Shown piece after piece: positions 17,915 through 29,546 of a DNA stretch of 64,000 bases; within the stretch, counting starts at the first letter, position 1; the number at the start of each line of letters is the position of its first letter. The stretch is from Bacteroidota bacterium. GTDB lineage: Bacteria; Bacteroidota; Bacteroidia; AKYH767-A; 2013-40CM-41-45. The stretch lies in contig JANOVV010000046.1 of NCBI GenBank assembly GCA_031417555.1, positions 6,725 through 70,724 on the forward strand, given 5' to 3'. Made by a program: the position numbers and the translations under genes. The notes below the pieces were generated by a model, which was not told the DNA's origin, did not search any database, and worked only from the letters and a program-made list of their open reading frames with translations.

Positions 17915-19498
17915 TTATTTTGTAAAGCTTACGATTGCAAATTGATCTTTTCTTCTTTTCTCTCCAAACAAAAGTATTTCATGATCATTTATCTGATCAC
18001 AAACTTTTGGACGAATACCTACTTCTATATCAGCATCATTTATTAATGCTTCTAGTGTTTTTTTACCATCTTTATCAATTGTTGCCAGTGTAACAATGCC
18101 ATCTTTGTCCCTGAAAGAATAGTTTTTAATATAACCTTGCTTTTTTGGTTTTAAGTTTTCACGACTGTCATTGTAAATGAATCTTAGTTTGTCATCAGTT
18201 ACTGCCAGAGCAAAAGACGAATAAAATCCACCATCGTTTGAGCTAATCTGTCGTTTTGAAATTGTTTCGGACCAATCAATCTTTCCTGAATTATCGATAT
18301 TTACAATTATAATATTGTTGTAATGATAAGTATAGATGGTAGATGTGGTTTTTCCATTATACACGGTAGTTGTTCGTATGAAAAATTGTTCACCTATAAG
18401 TATTATACCCCCATCACTGCGTTTTACCAGGTCATGCAGATCATACTCAAATAGTTCCTGATCTTTTCCTTTTTCATCTTTTTTACGTACTTTTTTTTCT
18501 TCTTTTTCTGTCATTCCCTGAGTGATAAAATCAATATCAAATTCTTTAAAACTTGAATTCTTGATTTCCTTTGTTTGTCCATTTAGAACAAGATAATAAG
18601 CTCCATCAACGGAGAAATTACCTTTTTTAGAATAGAAGCCACCAGCGATTATATCTCCATTTTCATTTATAGAAAATGAAATATCCGTTATGAATTTATC
18701 GTCAAGCTTGATTTCATAGTCGACTTTATTTTCGCCATTATTTGTATAAGCTAATAAATGGTAAGAAAAATTTTGTTTTCCACGTTTATATTCTTTAACT
18801 TTTTCTTTGTACAGTTTACCTAATATATAGGCATTCCCGTTTTTATCACATGCAAATTGATTGCGGGTAAAAAGTTCGCTGGCATAAGGTATCTGGAAAT
18901 TTTTTTTCCAAATCGAATTAAGTGAGTTATCACACATTATAATAGTGAACTGCTCATTCTCATTTTTTTCTGTTGGAATACCAATAGAAATCATAAGTTT
19001 AGCATCTTTACTCTCCACTTCAATTGTTTTAGTTGTAGTTATTTCAAAATAACCTTTGTCGCGTGATGATAGGTAAGTTAATTCTGTGATTTTTTTTGTT
19101 TTCCCGGTAGCATTCAATGTGCTTTTATTTATTTCCTGATAGTTTAACTCTCTTGTCTTATCACTACGATTAGTATTAGACTTAAATACTAAAAGTTTTT
19201 CGTTAAAATATCTGCACCCTTCAAATTCATATTTTATTTTTGTTTCAGGATCTTTTTCTTCAAATTTATACTCTCCCACATTATTTAATTTTGTATTGAT
19301 TTTTTGAATGACGATATCTCTTTTATCATAACCTTTAATATAATATCCGGAATCATCATACCCAAGAACGGATGAAATAGTGCTTCTTTTGGACCCCTCG
19401 AGCTCAGGCCCCCACTTAATAGTTACCTCTTTTATTGGTGAAAAGGCAAAAAGAGAAGATATTACAAATATCAAAGTTATTAATGTATATTTTTTCAT
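17915..19498 (-). CDS. hypothetical secreted protein
   Basis: 527 aa with an N-terminal signal-like peptide (MKKYTLITLIFVISSLFAFS). No family was recognised. Confidence 0.6.
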   Translation of the reverse strand: MKKYTLITLIFVISSLFAFSPIKEVTIKWGPELEGSKRSTISSVLGYDDSGYYIKGYDKRDIVIQKINTKLNNVGEYKFEEKDPETKIKYEFEGCRYFNEKLLVFKSNTNRSDKTRELNYQEINKSTLNATGKTKKITELTYLSSRDKGYFEITTTKTIEVESKDAKLMISIGIPTEKNENEQFTIIMCDNSLNSIWKKNFQIPYASELFTRNQFACDKNGNAYILGKLYKEKVKEYKRGKQNFSYHLLAYTNNGENKVDYEIKLDDKFITDISFSINENGDIIAGGFYSKKGNFSVDGAYYLVLNGQTKEIKNSSFKEFDIDFITQGMTEKEEKKVRKKDEKGKDQELFEYDLHDLVKRSDGGIILIGEQFFIRTTTVYNGKTTSTIYTYHYNNIIIVNIDNSGKIDWSETISKRQISSNDGGFYSSFALAVTDDKLRFIYNDSRENLKPKKQGYIKNYSFRDKDGIVTLATIDKDGKKTLEALINDADIEVGIRPKVCDQINDHEILLFGEKRRKDQFAIVSFTK

Positions 19499-19620
19499 AA
19501 TAAAATAATTATCGGATATTTAAATTATAATTGTAGCTTCAATATTAATAAATTTTATTAATATAATTATACTTACGAAGGGAAAATCAGTTTTATACGT
19601 AATCTTTTAAATTTATTGAA

Positions 19621-21135
19621 ATGCATAGAAATTGTTTTTTTCGAAGTTTCATTCTATTTTGTCTAATATTATCAGTATTTGGTTGCGCAAGTATTTTGAA
19701 TCAGCAAAAAGGGCCGAATACATTTAATACTGAACCATCTGGTGCTGAAGTTTATAATGAAAATAATATCAAACTGGGTACAACACCGATTGATTTGAGC
19801 AATATTCCCAAAAATACAAAGGGGTTTAAGGTAAGAATGGATGGTTTTCAGGAATCTGAAATTGGTATTCGTTCGATGGACAGAAATGATATACTATTTG
19901 TTGATGCCATGTTATTGTGTATTCCATGTCTATTCGATTTGAGTGGAAAGGATATTTATTCGTTTAAGCCGAAAAATGCAACTGTACGATTAAGGAAAAT
20001 AATTAAAGAAAGAAAAAATGCAATTAAAATCGCAATTGATAAACTTTATATTGAAAATAAGAATGAATTACCCTTGAAGATAAATGAACGTTCGGTTAAG
20101 TTGAGCGATAAGTTTTTATCAAGGGTATTCGGCGAAATTGATGAAGAGGATGAAATAATTAAAGAAATATTAATGAAATCATTTTTTGATGTAACCTATT
20201 TAAATCGTGTCGATAATTTAAAATTAGCTATGGATCGACCGAAAATTCTTATCAAGCCTGTAGTTGAAAGTATTTCTTTTGATCTTAATGGGAAATCGTT
20301 AATTGACTACACAGGACATGAGAGTATTAAAATAAACTGGAATATTTACAAAATGTCAGAAAAGAGCACATTGCTGACAACTATTAAAACAAAAACAGAA
20401 ACATTTCGAATCTCAGGATCTTCAACCAAAATTCTCGATCATTTAATTTCTGAGGCTTCAATGGATTTACTTGAGAACGATTCCATTTATGATTATCTGC
20501 AAAAAGTTGAAAAGGAATATATGGTATCAACAAAAGGGGAAGAAATAAAAATAAATATACAGACTGCAACAAAATATTTAACAACAAAAGATGCATTGAA
20601 AAATTCTAAATCTGCAGTAGTAACTGTAATAAATAAGGATGGCTTTGGAAGCGGTTTTATTATTTCAACGGATGGATATGTAATGACAAATTATCATGTA
20701 ATTAAAGATGAAAAAAATGTTTCTGTCAGATTAAATAATGATTTTAAAGTAAAAGCTACAGTTGTAAAATCAAATAAAGATTACGACTTAGCTTTATTAC
20801 ATATCGATGGTGAGGATTTAAATGCATTACCAATGGGGAATAGTGATTTAATAGAAGTAGGAGAAGAGGTATATGCAATTGGTACGCCGATGGATGAATC
20901 ATTTGGACAAACGATAACGAAGGGGATAATCAGTGGCCAGCGATTAATTAATGGGATAAATTTTCTTCAGACTGATGTCAGTATAAATTCGGGAAACAGT
21001 GGTGGTCCCTTATTAAATGAAAAAGGAGAGGTGATTGGAATAACAACGATGAAGCTTTCCGGAGAAGGTGTGGAAGGAATTGGTTTTTGTATACCATCAA
21101 ATGCTGCATTTGAAATGTTGAACATTAAACACTAA
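19621..21135 (+). CDS. lipoprotein with a PEGA-like domain and a C-terminal trypsin-like (S1C/HtrA-type) serine protease domain
   Basis: There is a lipobox-like LSVFGCAS, then TEPSGAEVY..LGTTPIDL (PEGA-like). The protease motifs are GSGFIIS..GYVMTNYHV (His), DLALL (Asp) and GNSGGPLLN (Ser). Confidence 0.7.
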   Translation: MHRNCFFRSFILFCLILSVFGCASILNQQKGPNTFNTEPSGAEVYNENNIKLGTTPIDLSNIPKNTKGFKVRMDGFQESEIGIRSMDRNDILFVDAMLLCIPCLFDLSGKDIYSFKPKNATVRLRKIIKERKNAIKIAIDKLYIENKNELPLKINERSVKLSDKFLSRVFGEIDEEDEIIKEILMKSFFDVTYLNRVDNLKLAMDRPKILIKPVVESISFDLNGKSLIDYTGHESIKINWNIYKMSEKSTLLTTIKTKTETFRISGSSTKILDHLISEASMDLLENDSIYDYLQKVEKEYMVSTKGEEIKINIQTATKYLTTKDALKNSKSAVVTVINKDGFGSGFIISTDGYVMTNYHVIKDEKNVSVRLNNDFKVKATVVKSNKDYDLALLHIDGEDLNALPMGNSDLIEVGEEVYAIGTPMDESFGQTITKGIISGQRLINGINFLQTDVSINSGNSGGPLLNEKGEVIGITTMKLSGEGVEGIGFCIPSNAAFEMLNIKH

Positions 21136-21155
21136 CAAATATATATATTCGGCTT

Positions 21156-21833
21156 ATGAAGAGACAACCAGTCTTCTTTTTCTTTTTATTATTATTTTCC
21201 ATACCAATTTTTTCTAATGGTCAGGCAATTCGGGTTAATTATGTCGGTTATTCAGGATATCAAAAATCAGTCTCAACATCAAATTATTTTTATGGATTTG
21301 GTTACGAGCATAATATTGGGTCTAAGATTGCCCTGCAGTTTGAGTACAATAAGGGATATTCCTTAGATGAAAACTATGGTTATTACTATTATGACAATAT
21401 TAATTCTCCGGTTAATTTTGAATATAACCTTGAAATTCCCTGGTACGAATTTGCTTATCAGTCAAAATATTTTTTTTCCGGCAATGACGAAAAGTCTTTT
21501 TACATTTCTTCCGGGATTTCAATGCGGATGGCCAAGTACAACATGGAAATTTATTCAGTATCCTATAATCCACAAAATGTTACAGCACCACCCCCAATTC
21601 CAACCGGTTTAATAATAAAATCATACAACCTTTTTCCAATTTCTTTAAAAGTTGGTTGGCGAAATACAATTGATGGTTGGTTCGGCGACTATAATTTCGG
21701 AATAAGTTTCATTCCTGGAGCCAATAACAGAAAATCAGGTAACCCAAATATCGATCAGTATTTGAAGGACGAAGGATTGAAAAACATTAGTTTCAATATA
21801 GGATTAACATTTGGTTTCGGTTGGGTTGATTAA
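21156..21833 (+). CDS. hypothetical exported protein, possibly an outer-membrane beta-barrel
   Basis: It has a signal peptide and aromatic-rich alternating segments, and ends in ...GLTFGFGWVD. No family was recognised. Confidence 0.5.
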   Translation: MKRQPVFFFFLLLFSIPIFSNGQAIRVNYVGYSGYQKSVSTSNYFYGFGYEHNIGSKIALQFEYNKGYSLDENYGYYYYDNINSPVNFEYNLEIPWYEFAYQSKYFFSGNDEKSFYISSGISMRMAKYNMEIYSVSYNPQNVTAPPPIPTGLIIKSYNLFPISLKVGWRNTIDGWFGDYNFGISFIPGANNRKSGNPNIDQYLKDEGLKNISFNIGLTFGFGWVD

Positions 21834-21888
21834 TTAAAAAGTTTAAAATTTTATTTAGAATTAATTTTAGAAATAAGAGTGATATTCA

Positions 21889-23955
21889 ATGCATCTGCGT
21901 TTTCAAATTTTTATTCTTTTATTATTGTCAGCTTTATTTTCTTTAGCGGGAGATTTTAATCTGCCTTGCACACAAACGGATGCATTTTTACGAACGCTTG
22001 TAAAATATCATTTTAAATCTCCAACACTCAATTATGAAACAGAAAAACTGGTTTATAATCGTTTCATTGAAAGACTTGATCCCGATAAAATAATTTTTAC
22101 GGTTCAACAAATAGATTCTCTTAGAGAATTAGTTCCAGGAATATTGGATACAAATCAACATCAATCATGCATATTTCTTGAAAAGATCTTTAATGTTTAC
22201 CGGCAAAGAATTATTATGGCTGATATCCAGATTTGCAATTATGGAAAAAAAAGTTTTCAGTTTTCCGGAAATGATTCTATTTATTTTGACAGGAAAATGA
22301 ACATTGAATTTACTGCATCAGAAAGTGAAATTGAAAAAAGAAGAATCCGGCAATTAAAATATTACTTTCTTTCTGAATTATTTTCCGAAATTGAGGATAG
22401 TTCTTTTTCTATCGACAAAATTGATGTATTGATTAGGGAAAAGGAAAAATTATTAAGGGAGAAAACAATAACTGCGAAACACTGTAAGCTATTAAAGTTG
22501 CTTGATACTCCTAATGGATTTGAACAAAAAGTTACTTCCGAATTTTTAGAATCTATAGCCTTAACTTTTGATCCTCATTCAGATTTTTTTACATCCGTGC
22601 AACGGACTTCGTTTGAATCAAGTTTGGCGGTGGAATCAGGTTCATATGGATTGAAAATAAATATGAATGAAGGGCAATTGGTTGTAGCCAGTCTTGTTCC
22701 TGGTGGTCCGGCCTGGAAATCGAATGTAATTCATAAAGGAGATTTTCTGTTAAAAATTACGACCCTAAAAGCAAAATATCAGGATTTAACTTGTATGTCT
22801 TCAGACGAAGTAGAGTATTTGATAAATAATTCAGAAGGTAATTGGATCGAATTGGAATTTAAAAGTAAAGGTGGCAAGGTTAAGATTATAAAATTAATAA
22901 AAGAAAAAATGCGGGTTGATGAAAATAATGTCAATTCTTGTATTTTAAATGGCAGTCTAAAAGCAGGATATATTTCATTACCGGATTTTTATTCGGATGA
23001 TTTTACAAGTGGACCAGGATGTGCAAACGATGTTGCCAAAGAAATTCTAAAAATGCAGAAAGCAGGAATCGAAGGTTTAATTTTAGATTTAAGGTTTAAT
23101 GGCGGAGGCTCTTTGGATGAAGCACTTGATCTTGCAGGATTATTTATTGATTATGGACCAATCGGAATAATGAAAGTTAAATCGGAAAGGCCGCAAATTT
23201 TAAAAGATCCAAATCGGGGTACAGTTTATAATGGGAGCTTGGTAATTCTTGTTAACGGATATAGTGCATCAGCATCAGAATTATTAGCCGGTGCTTTGCA
23301 AGATCATAACCGCGCCATTATTGTCGGTCAGCCAACATATGGTAAGGCCAGTGGACAATATATAATTCCGGTTGATAAAAATAATTCACCTGAATATGGT
23401 TTTATAAAAGTTACCAATATTAAAATTTATAGATTAAATGGGGAAAGCAATCAGCTTTCAGGAGTTATTCCTGATGTATTAATTCCAGATTTATACGAAG
23501 GTGTACTTTTAAGGGAAGTGGATGAGCTATCAGTTTTGGAGAAAGATACTATCGATAAAAAAATTGAATTCCTTTTTCCAAAACCCCTTCCGATTGAAGT
23601 TCTCAAATCAAGCAGTAAACAAAGGATATTAAAAAGCATTGTTATGCAAAAACTTATAGAACAAAATCACAGACTTAAAGAATTATATAATTATAAAAAT
23701 TCTATCTCTTTGCGACCCGAGTCTTTTTATAAATGGGTTAAGGAAATGGATGTGATATACGAACTTGCAGAAGAGGATTCTAGTGATGATAATAATGTAT
23801 TTAGCGTAGAGAATAATACATTTGATAAAGTTCTGATGCAAATCGATGAATACAAACGCGAATTCATCAAAAGTAATAATGAAAATATTTTAAAAGATGC
23901 TCAGGTAATTGAAGCATTTTCTATATTATTGGATTATAAATCAATCACTCATTAA
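21889..23955 (+). CDS. S41 family carboxy-terminal processing peptidase with a PDZ domain
   Basis: LDLRFNGGGSLDEA and NGYSASASELLAGALQD (catalytic Ser region) plus GKASGQ (Lys) match S41. There is a PDZ-like segment around VASLVPGGPAWKS. Confidence 0.8.
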   Translation: MHLRFQIFILLLLSALFSLAGDFNLPCTQTDAFLRTLVKYHFKSPTLNYETEKLVYNRFIERLDPDKIIFTVQQIDSLRELVPGILDTNQHQSCIFLEKIFNVYRQRIIMADIQICNYGKKSFQFSGNDSIYFDRKMNIEFTASESEIEKRRIRQLKYYFLSELFSEIEDSSFSIDKIDVLIREKEKLLREKTITAKHCKLLKLLDTPNGFEQKVTSEFLESIALTFDPHSDFFTSVQRTSFESSLAVESGSYGLKINMNEGQLVVASLVPGGPAWKSNVIHKGDFLLKITTLKAKYQDLTCMSSDEVEYLINNSEGNWIELEFKSKGGKVKIIKLIKEKMRVDENNVNSCILNGSLKAGYISLPDFYSDDFTSGPGCANDVAKEILKMQKAGIEGLILDLRFNGGGSLDEALDLAGLFIDYGPIGIMKVKSERPQILKDPNRGTVYNGSLVILVNGYSASASELLAGALQDHNRAIIVGQPTYGKASGQYIIPVDKNNSPEYGFIKVTNIKIYRLNGESNQLSGVIPDVLIPDLYEGVLLREVDELSVLEKDTIDKKIEFLFPKPLPIEVLKSSSKQRILKSIVMQKLIEQNHRLKELYNYKNSISLRPESFYKWVKEMDVIYELAEEDSSDDNNVFSVENNTFDKVLMQIDEYKREFIKSNNENILKDAQVIEAFSILLDYKSITH

Positions 23956-23964
23956 ATTTAAAAC

Positions 23965-24996
23965 ATGAAAAAAGTTCAATTTTTTTTAATACTTGTAGGA
24001 GTAGTATTTATTATAAATCCACTTAAAGCACAAGACTATTCCAATCCCGGATCGTATATGCAATATTTCTCTGATCAAAATAAACAGATATCTAAAGATT
24101 CATGGGATTATATGAGTGCTATTGCACGGGGCAAGAATGCAAGAAAAGTTGATTCACGTCGAAAAGATCTTTTAAAAACATTACTTGATGCAAAAAGAAA
24201 AATAGCTGCTGTTAGACCATATAAGGACGACAAAGCGTTGCGAGATTCTACTGTTTCCTATATTCAAATGACATATAATATTCTTCATAAAGACTATGAT
24301 AAAATTGTTGATTTGGAAGAAATTGCTGAGCAATCGTATGATAATATGGAGACGTATATGTTAGTCAGAAAAAAAGCAAGTCAAAAGTTAAGTGAAGCGT
24401 CCGATGCTTTTCAATTGGAACAAAAAAGATTTGGTGCTGTTCATAATGTTACAATTATTGAAGATGAATCCAGACTTGGTAAAAAAATGGCTCGTGCCGG
24501 TAAAGCATTTGATTATTATGATGATTTATATTTAATTTTCTTTAAAAGCCAGATACAGGAATCTAAAATGGTTACTGCATTAAATACATCAGATATTAAT
24601 GCTGCAGAGCAATGCAAAAATTCCTTAAAACAATATACAGAACAGGGTTTGTTATCATTAAAAGAGGTAAAAGCTTATCAAGGTGATGCTTCACTAATAG
24701 TTGCATGTAAAAACCTTTTTAATTTTTATAAGAAAGAGTCTGAACTAAAAGCTCCAATAATGATAGATTTTTTCCTTAAAAAAGAAAATTATGACAAAAT
24801 GAATTCAGCAATGAAAGCAAAAGGTAAATCAGCCACCAATGAAGAAATTAATAGTTATAATGAAAGTTTAAAGGAATATAATAAGATAGTTAATTCTTAT
24901 AATTTAATTAATAATGAAGTTAATAAGGAAAGAACTGAAAAACTAAATGCATGGAATAATGCGGTTAAAGATTTTTTAGATAAACATGCAAGTTAA
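23965..24996 (+). CDS. hypothetical exported protein
   Basis: It has a signal peptide and is a helical K/E-rich protein. No family was recognised. Confidence 0.5.
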   Translation: MKKVQFFLILVGVVFIINPLKAQDYSNPGSYMQYFSDQNKQISKDSWDYMSAIARGKNARKVDSRRKDLLKTLLDAKRKIAAVRPYKDDKALRDSTVSYIQMTYNILHKDYDKIVDLEEIAEQSYDNMETYMLVRKKASQKLSEASDAFQLEQKRFGAVHNVTIIEDESRLGKKMARAGKAFDYYDDLYLIFFKSQIQESKMVTALNTSDINAAEQCKNSLKQYTEQGLLSLKEVKAYQGDASLIVACKNLFNFYKKESELKAPIMIDFFLKKENYDKMNSAMKAKGKSATNEEINSYNESLKEYNKIVNSYNLINNEVNKERTEKLNAWNNAVKDFLDKHAS

Positions 24997-25114
24997 ATAA
25001 TAGAGCAAAAAATTGAATTTAAACGATAATTTCATTTCTTTTATGGTTTATTAGCCTCTCTATTTTAGATTTTCTCAAAGAACGTTGAATTGTTTAAAAA
25101 TTTTTTCAACAAGA

Positions 25115-25145
25115 TTTGGTAAATAAGATCATTCTTGTACCTTTG
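25115..25145 (+). promoter_or_regulatory. putative Bacteroidota sigma-A promoter of the str operon (-33 TTTG, -7 TAccTTTG)
   Basis: TTTG at 25115-25118 and tacctttg at 25138-25145 are separated by 19 nt, about 66 nt upstream of the rpsL ATG. This matches the published Bacteroides consensus TTTG/TAnnTTTG. Confidence 0.45.
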
Positions 25146-25211
25146 CGTTCCCTAAAAATAGGCGAAAACAATATAAATTACTCAATCTTAACACGGTAAG
25201 AAGCTCTAAGA

Positions 25212-25604
25212 ATGCCTACAATACAGCAGTTAGTTCGAAAAGGACGCTCAAAATTGATTGACAAAAGTAAGTCACCAGCATTGGTTTCTTGTCCTCAGCG
25301 CCGTGGTGTTTGCACCAGGGTGTATACGACAACTCCAAAAAAGCCGAATTCTGCAATGCGTAAGGTTGCACGTATTCGTTTGACTAATAAATATGAAGTG
25401 ACTGCCTATATTCCGGGTGAAGGACACAATCTTCAGGAGCACTCTATAGTAATGATTCGTGGAGGCAGAGTAAAAGATCTTCCGGGAGTTCGTTATCACA
25501 TTATCCGCGGAACTCTTGATACAGCAGGTGTAGAAGGAAGAAAGCAGCAGAGAAGTAAATACGGTACAAAGCGTCCAAAAGAGGGTGGTGCTGCCAAGAA
25601 ATAA
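25212..25604 (+). CDS. rpsL: 30S ribosomal protein S12
   Basis: [12 protein letters not shown] and the [11 protein letters not shown] motif are present. Confidence 0.97.
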   Translation: MPTIQQLVRKGRSKLIDKSKSPALVSCPQRRGVCTRVYTTTPKKPNSAMRKVARIRLTNKYEVTAYIPGEGHNLQEHSIVMIRGGRVKDLPGVRYHIIRGTLDTAGVEGRKQQRSKYGTKRPKEGGAAKK

Positions 25605-25622
25605 ATAAAAGAGATCAAAATG

Positions 25623-25642
25623 AGACGTCTAATTAGACGTCT
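25623..25642. repeat. 20-nt perfect palindrome agacgtct-aatt-agacgtct in the rpsL-rpsG spacer
   Basis: Read directly from the sequence. It starts 19 nt after the rpsL stop. Confidence 0.9.
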
Positions 25643-25672
25643 ATATTTATTAAAAAATAAACAATATCAATA

Positions 25673-26140
25673 ATGCGTAAGTCGAAGCCAAAGAAAAGAA
25701 TTCTGTTACCAGACCCTAAGTTCAACGATACATTGGTTACCCGTTTTGTAAACAATCTAATGTATGGCGGAAAAAAGAGTACTGCTTATGGAATTTTTTA
25801 TGCAGCCATCAATCGTGTTGAAGAAAAAACAAAAGAGATTGGATTAGATGTGTGGAAAAAAGCAATGACAAACGTAATGCCTACTGTGGAAGTAAAGAGC
25901 CGCCGTGTAGGAGGAGCCACTTTTCAGATTCCCAGCGAAATTCGCCCGGATCGCAGAGTTGCTTTAACGATTAAATGGCTGATCAGTTATTCACGAAACA
26001 GAAATGAAAAATCAATGGCAGAAAAACTTGCTAATGAAATCATTTCAGCTTCAAAAGGTGAAGGCGCTGCAGTAAAGAAAAAAGAAGATACACACAGAAT
26101 GGCAGAAGCGAATAAGGCTTTCTCTCATTTTAAAGTATAA
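25673..26140 (+). CDS. rpsG: 30S ribosomal protein S7
   Basis: 155 aa with [23 protein letters not shown] and HRMAEAN. Confidence 0.97.
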   Translation: MRKSKPKKRILLPDPKFNDTLVTRFVNNLMYGGKKSTAYGIFYAAINRVEEKTKEIGLDVWKKAMTNVMPTVEVKSRRVGGATFQIPSEIRPDRRVALTIKWLISYSRNRNEKSMAEKLANEIISASKGEGAAVKKKEDTHRMAEANKAFSHFKV

Positions 26141-26147
26141 ATAAAAT

Positions 26148-26165
26148 CGTGTACACGTGTACACG
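26148..26165. repeat. 18-nt perfect palindrome cgtgtacacgtgtacacg, copy 1
   Basis: It starts 8 nt after the rpsG stop. The identical 18-mer recurs at 34489-34506. Confidence 0.9.
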
Positions 26166-26341
26166 AGGAAGGTAGTTCTTTCTTTTACAGATAACCACTG
26201 ACTTGCCGCAGAAATACGAGCAAGATAAAACTGGAAAACTGAATGACAGGGAGTTGATCCCAATAAAAAAAGTAGTCATTCAAAGTGTCCTGTTATCGCG
26301 AAAAAGAAAACTATCGTTATGATTAACGGAGAAATAATCAA

Positions 26342-28489
26342 ATGAGCAAAGATTTAAAACATACTCGCAACATAGGTATCTCTGCACACATAGATGCAGG
26401 AAAGACTACGACGACGGAACGTGTACTTTACTATACAGGAAAAGTTCATAAGATCGGTGAAGTACATGAAGGCGCTGCTACTATGGACTGGATGGTTCAG
26501 GAGCAGGAGCGTGGAATTACCATTACTTCAGCAGCAACAACTACTTATTGGAATTACGACGAACAAATTTACAAAGTCAATATAATTGACACACCGGGCC
26601 ACGTTGATTTTACCGTTGAGGTAGAACGATCATTACGTGTATTAGACGGTGCTGTTGCGCTTTTTTGTGCTGTTGGTGGTGTTGAGCCTCAATCAGAAAC
26701 AGTTTGGCGTCAGATGAACAAATATCATGTTCCGCGAATCGGTTTCGTAAATAAAATGGATCGCGCGGGAGCAAATTTTCTTAATGTTGTTCAGCAGGTA
26801 AAAGAGCGTCTTCATGGAAATCCTGTACCGCTTCAATTACCGATTGGTGCAGAAGACATGTTTACAGGTGTTGTTGATCTTATTTTGAATAAGGCAATTA
26901 TCTGGCACGATGAAACAAAGGGAGCTACATTTGATGTTGTTCCTATTCCTATTGATATGCAGGCAGAAGTAAATCACTGGCGTGCAAATCTTGTTGAAGC
27001 TGTTGCAGAATTTGAGGATCATTTGATGGAGAAATTCTTCGAAGATCCGAATAGTATTACTGTTGATGAACTTCGCAGTGCAATTCGTAAGGCGACCATT
27101 GCAATGAAGATTACTCCGTTGCTTTGTGGTTCTGCTTTTAAAAATAAAGGTGTTCAGGCAATGCTTGATGCAGTTATACAATATCTTCCTTCTCCTATGG
27201 ATGTTCCTAACATTAAAGGAATAAATCCTGATACAGAAGCTGAAGAAGAAAGACGTGCAGATTCTACAGAAAAATTTGCAGCACTTGCCTTTAAGATTAT
27301 GACTGATCCTTTCGTGGGTCGTTTAGCTTTCTTCCGGGTTTACTCCGGTAAACTTGATGCGGGCTCATATGTTCTAAATGCACGTACAGGTAAAAACGAA
27401 AGGATTTCCCGAATTATCCGAATGCATGCAAATAAACAAAGTCCAATCGATTTTATCGAAGCGGGTGATATTGGTGCAGCTGTAGGATTTAAAGAAATCA
27501 GAACAGGTGATACACTTTGTGATCCTAAGTTCCCAATCGTTCTTGAATCAATGAGTTTTCCTGTTCCCGTTATTGGTTTAGCTGTTGAGCCTAAAACTCA
27601 GGCTGACGTTGATAAGTTGGGAATTGCTTTAAATAAATTAGCAGAAGAAGATCCGACTTTCAGAGTGAATACTGATGAAGAGACAGGCCAGACCGTTATT
27701 AGCGGAATGGGTGAACTCCATTTGGAAATTATTGTTGACCGTCTACGTCGTGAATTTAAAGTTGAATGTAATCAGGGAGCTCCTCAGGTTGCATACAGAG
27801 AAGCGATTACCGGTTCAACGAAACACAGGGAAACTTATAAAAAACAAACGGGTGGTCGCGGTAAATTTGCCGATATTCAGTTTGAAATTTCTCCAGTTGA
27901 TCCGGATTGGTTAGAAAAATCGCATACTGAAACGACAAAGGGTCATAAAGGACTTCAGTTTGTAAATGAAATATCGGGAGGTAATATTCCTCGCGAATTT
28001 ATTCCTTCTATTCAAAAAGGATTTGAGCAGGCTATGGCTTCAGGTGTTCTTGCAGGATATCCTGTTGAATATTTGAAAGTAAGACTGTACGATGGTTCTT
28101 TCCATGCAGTTGACTCAGATGCTCTATCATTTGAAATCTGTGCTAAGATTGCTTTCCGTGAAGCAGCTCCAAAAGCGAAACCAATGCTCTTAGAGCCAAT
28201 CATGAAAATTGAAGTTGTTACCCCTGATCTATATATGGGTGATGTAATGGGCGATCTAAATAAACGTCGCGGTCATCTTGAAGGAATGGATACTCGTGCA
28301 GGTGCACAGGTTATCAAAGCAAAAGTTCCTTTATCTGAAATGTTCGGTTATGTAACAACACTTCGTACAATTACTTCCGGACGTGCAGCATCTTCAATGG
28401 AATTCTCTCATTATGCAGAATGTCCTCGTACATTATCTGAAGAGGTTATTGCGAAAGTAAAAGGAAAAATAAAAGCTGAAAAAGTATAA
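26342..28489 (+). CDS. fusA: elongation factor G
   Basis: 715 aa with the G-domain motifs [17 protein letters not shown] and NKMD. Confidence 0.97.
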   Translation: MSKDLKHTRNIGISAHIDAGKTTTTERVLYYTGKVHKIGEVHEGAATMDWMVQEQERGITITSAATTTYWNYDEQIYKVNIIDTPGHVDFTVEVERSLRVLDGAVALFCAVGGVEPQSETVWRQMNKYHVPRIGFVNKMDRAGANFLNVVQQVKERLHGNPVPLQLPIGAEDMFTGVVDLILNKAIIWHDETKGATFDVVPIPIDMQAEVNHWRANLVEAVAEFEDHLMEKFFEDPNSITVDELRSAIRKATIAMKITPLLCGSAFKNKGVQAMLDAVIQYLPSPMDVPNIKGINPDTEAEEERRADSTEKFAALAFKIMTDPFVGRLAFFRVYSGKLDAGSYVLNARTGKNERISRIIRMHANKQSPIDFIEAGDIGAAVGFKEIRTGDTLCDPKFPIVLESMSFPVPVIGLAVEPKTQADVDKLGIALNKLAEEDPTFRVNTDEETGQTVISGMGELHLEIIVDRLRREFKVECNQGAPQVAYREAITGSTKHRETYKKQTGGRGKFADIQFEISPVDPDWLEKSHTETTKGHKGLQFVNEISGGNIPREFIPSIQKGFEQAMASGVLAGYPVEYLKVRLYDGSFHAVDSDALSFEICAKIAFREAAPKAKPMLLEPIMKIEVVTPDLYMGDVMGDLNKRRGHLEGMDTRAGAQVIKAKVPLSEMFGYVTTLRTITSGRAASSMEFSHYAECPRTLSEEVIAKVKGKIKAEKV

Positions 28490-28521
28490 TACTATCATAA
28501 ATAATATTAAACGTTCTTTCA

Positions 28522-28830
28522 ATGTCACAACGAATCCGCATTAAATTAAAATCCTACGATCATAATCTGGTTGATAAATCAGCTGAGAAGATCGTGAAAA
28601 CAGTAAAGATTACCGGTGCTGTGGTTAACGGACCTATTCCGCTACCGACAGACAAGAAAATCTTTACGGTACTACGTTCACCACATGTGAACAAAAAAGC
28701 AAGGGAGCAATTCCAGCTTTGTGCCTATAAGCGATTGTTAGACATTTATAATTCATCTGCAAAAACGGTAGATGCACTTATGAAATTAGAATTACCAAGT
28801 GGAGTAGAGGTAGAAATTAAAGCATCATAA
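28522..28830 (+). CDS. rpsJ: 30S ribosomal protein S10
   Basis: 102 aa with [10 protein letters not shown] and the [19 protein letters not shown] pattern. Confidence 0.97.
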   Translation: MSQRIRIKLKSYDHNLVDKSAEKIVKTVKITGAVVNGPIPLPTDKKIFTVLRSPHVNKKAREQFQLCAYKRLLDIYNSSAKTVDALMKLELPSGVEVEIKAS

Positions 28831-28926
28831 ATAGTATCGAGTATCAAGATTAAAAATAAATATTAAAATAATAACAGCGAATGTCTCTGCCAACTGGCAT
28901 AGACCTATGGCTAAAAAATAAAAACA

Positions 28927-29544
28927 ATGTCTGGAATAATCGGAAAAAAGATAGGAATGACGAGTGTTTTCGGTGTAGATGGAAAAAATATTCCATGTAC
29001 CGTAATACTGGCCGGACCGTGTGTTGTTACACAAATCCGTACAAAGAAAACGGACGGCTATGAGGCGGTTCAGCTTTCATTCGACGAAAAGAAAGAAAAG
29101 CAGTCGCTTAAATCTGAAATAGGTCACTTCAAAAAATCAGGAACGACACCGAAACGTAAAGTAGTTGAGTTCCGTGAATTTCCTGAAGCACCAGAACTCG
29201 GAAGCGAAATAAAAGTTGAATTATTTACTGAAGGAGATTTTGTTGACGTTGTTGGAACTTCTAAAGGAAAAGGATTCCAGGGAGTTGTTCGCCGACATCA
29301 TTTTGCCGGTGTAGGAAGTCAGACACACGGACAGCACAATCGATTACGTGCACCGGGATCACGTGGAGCATCTTCTTATCCGTCACGAGTACTTAAAGGA
29401 ATGCGTACAGCAGGACACATGGGTGCTGCGCGTGCAAAAATTCAAAACCTTGAAGTTGTTAAAATTATTCCTGAGCAAAATTTGCTTGTAATAAAAGGAT
29501 CAGTACCGGGTCATAATGGTTCATATGTAATTGTGGAGAAATAA
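28927..29544 (+). CDS. rplC: 50S ribosomal protein L3
   Basis: [10 protein letters not shown] and [13 protein letters not shown] are present. Confidence 0.97.
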   Translation: MSGIIGKKIGMTSVFGVDGKNIPCTVILAGPCVVTQIRTKKTDGYEAVQLSFDEKKEKQSLKSEIGHFKKSGTTPKRKVVEFREFPEAPELGSEIKVELFTEGDFVDVVGTSKGKGFQGVVRRHHFAGVGSQTHGQHNRLRAPGSRGASSYPSRVLKGMRTAGHMGAARAKIQNLEVVKIIPEQNLLVIKGSVPGHNGSYVIVEK

Positions 29545-29546
29545 GA

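Noticed and set aside
26141-26341. 201-nt rpsG-fusA spacer scanned for a tRNA, riboswitch or small ORF
   Set aside because: No cloverleaf or recognisable riboswitch core was found. It holds only the 18-nt palindrome and one weak 8-bp stem (tgaatgac / gtcattca). It is reported only as context for the palindrome finding.
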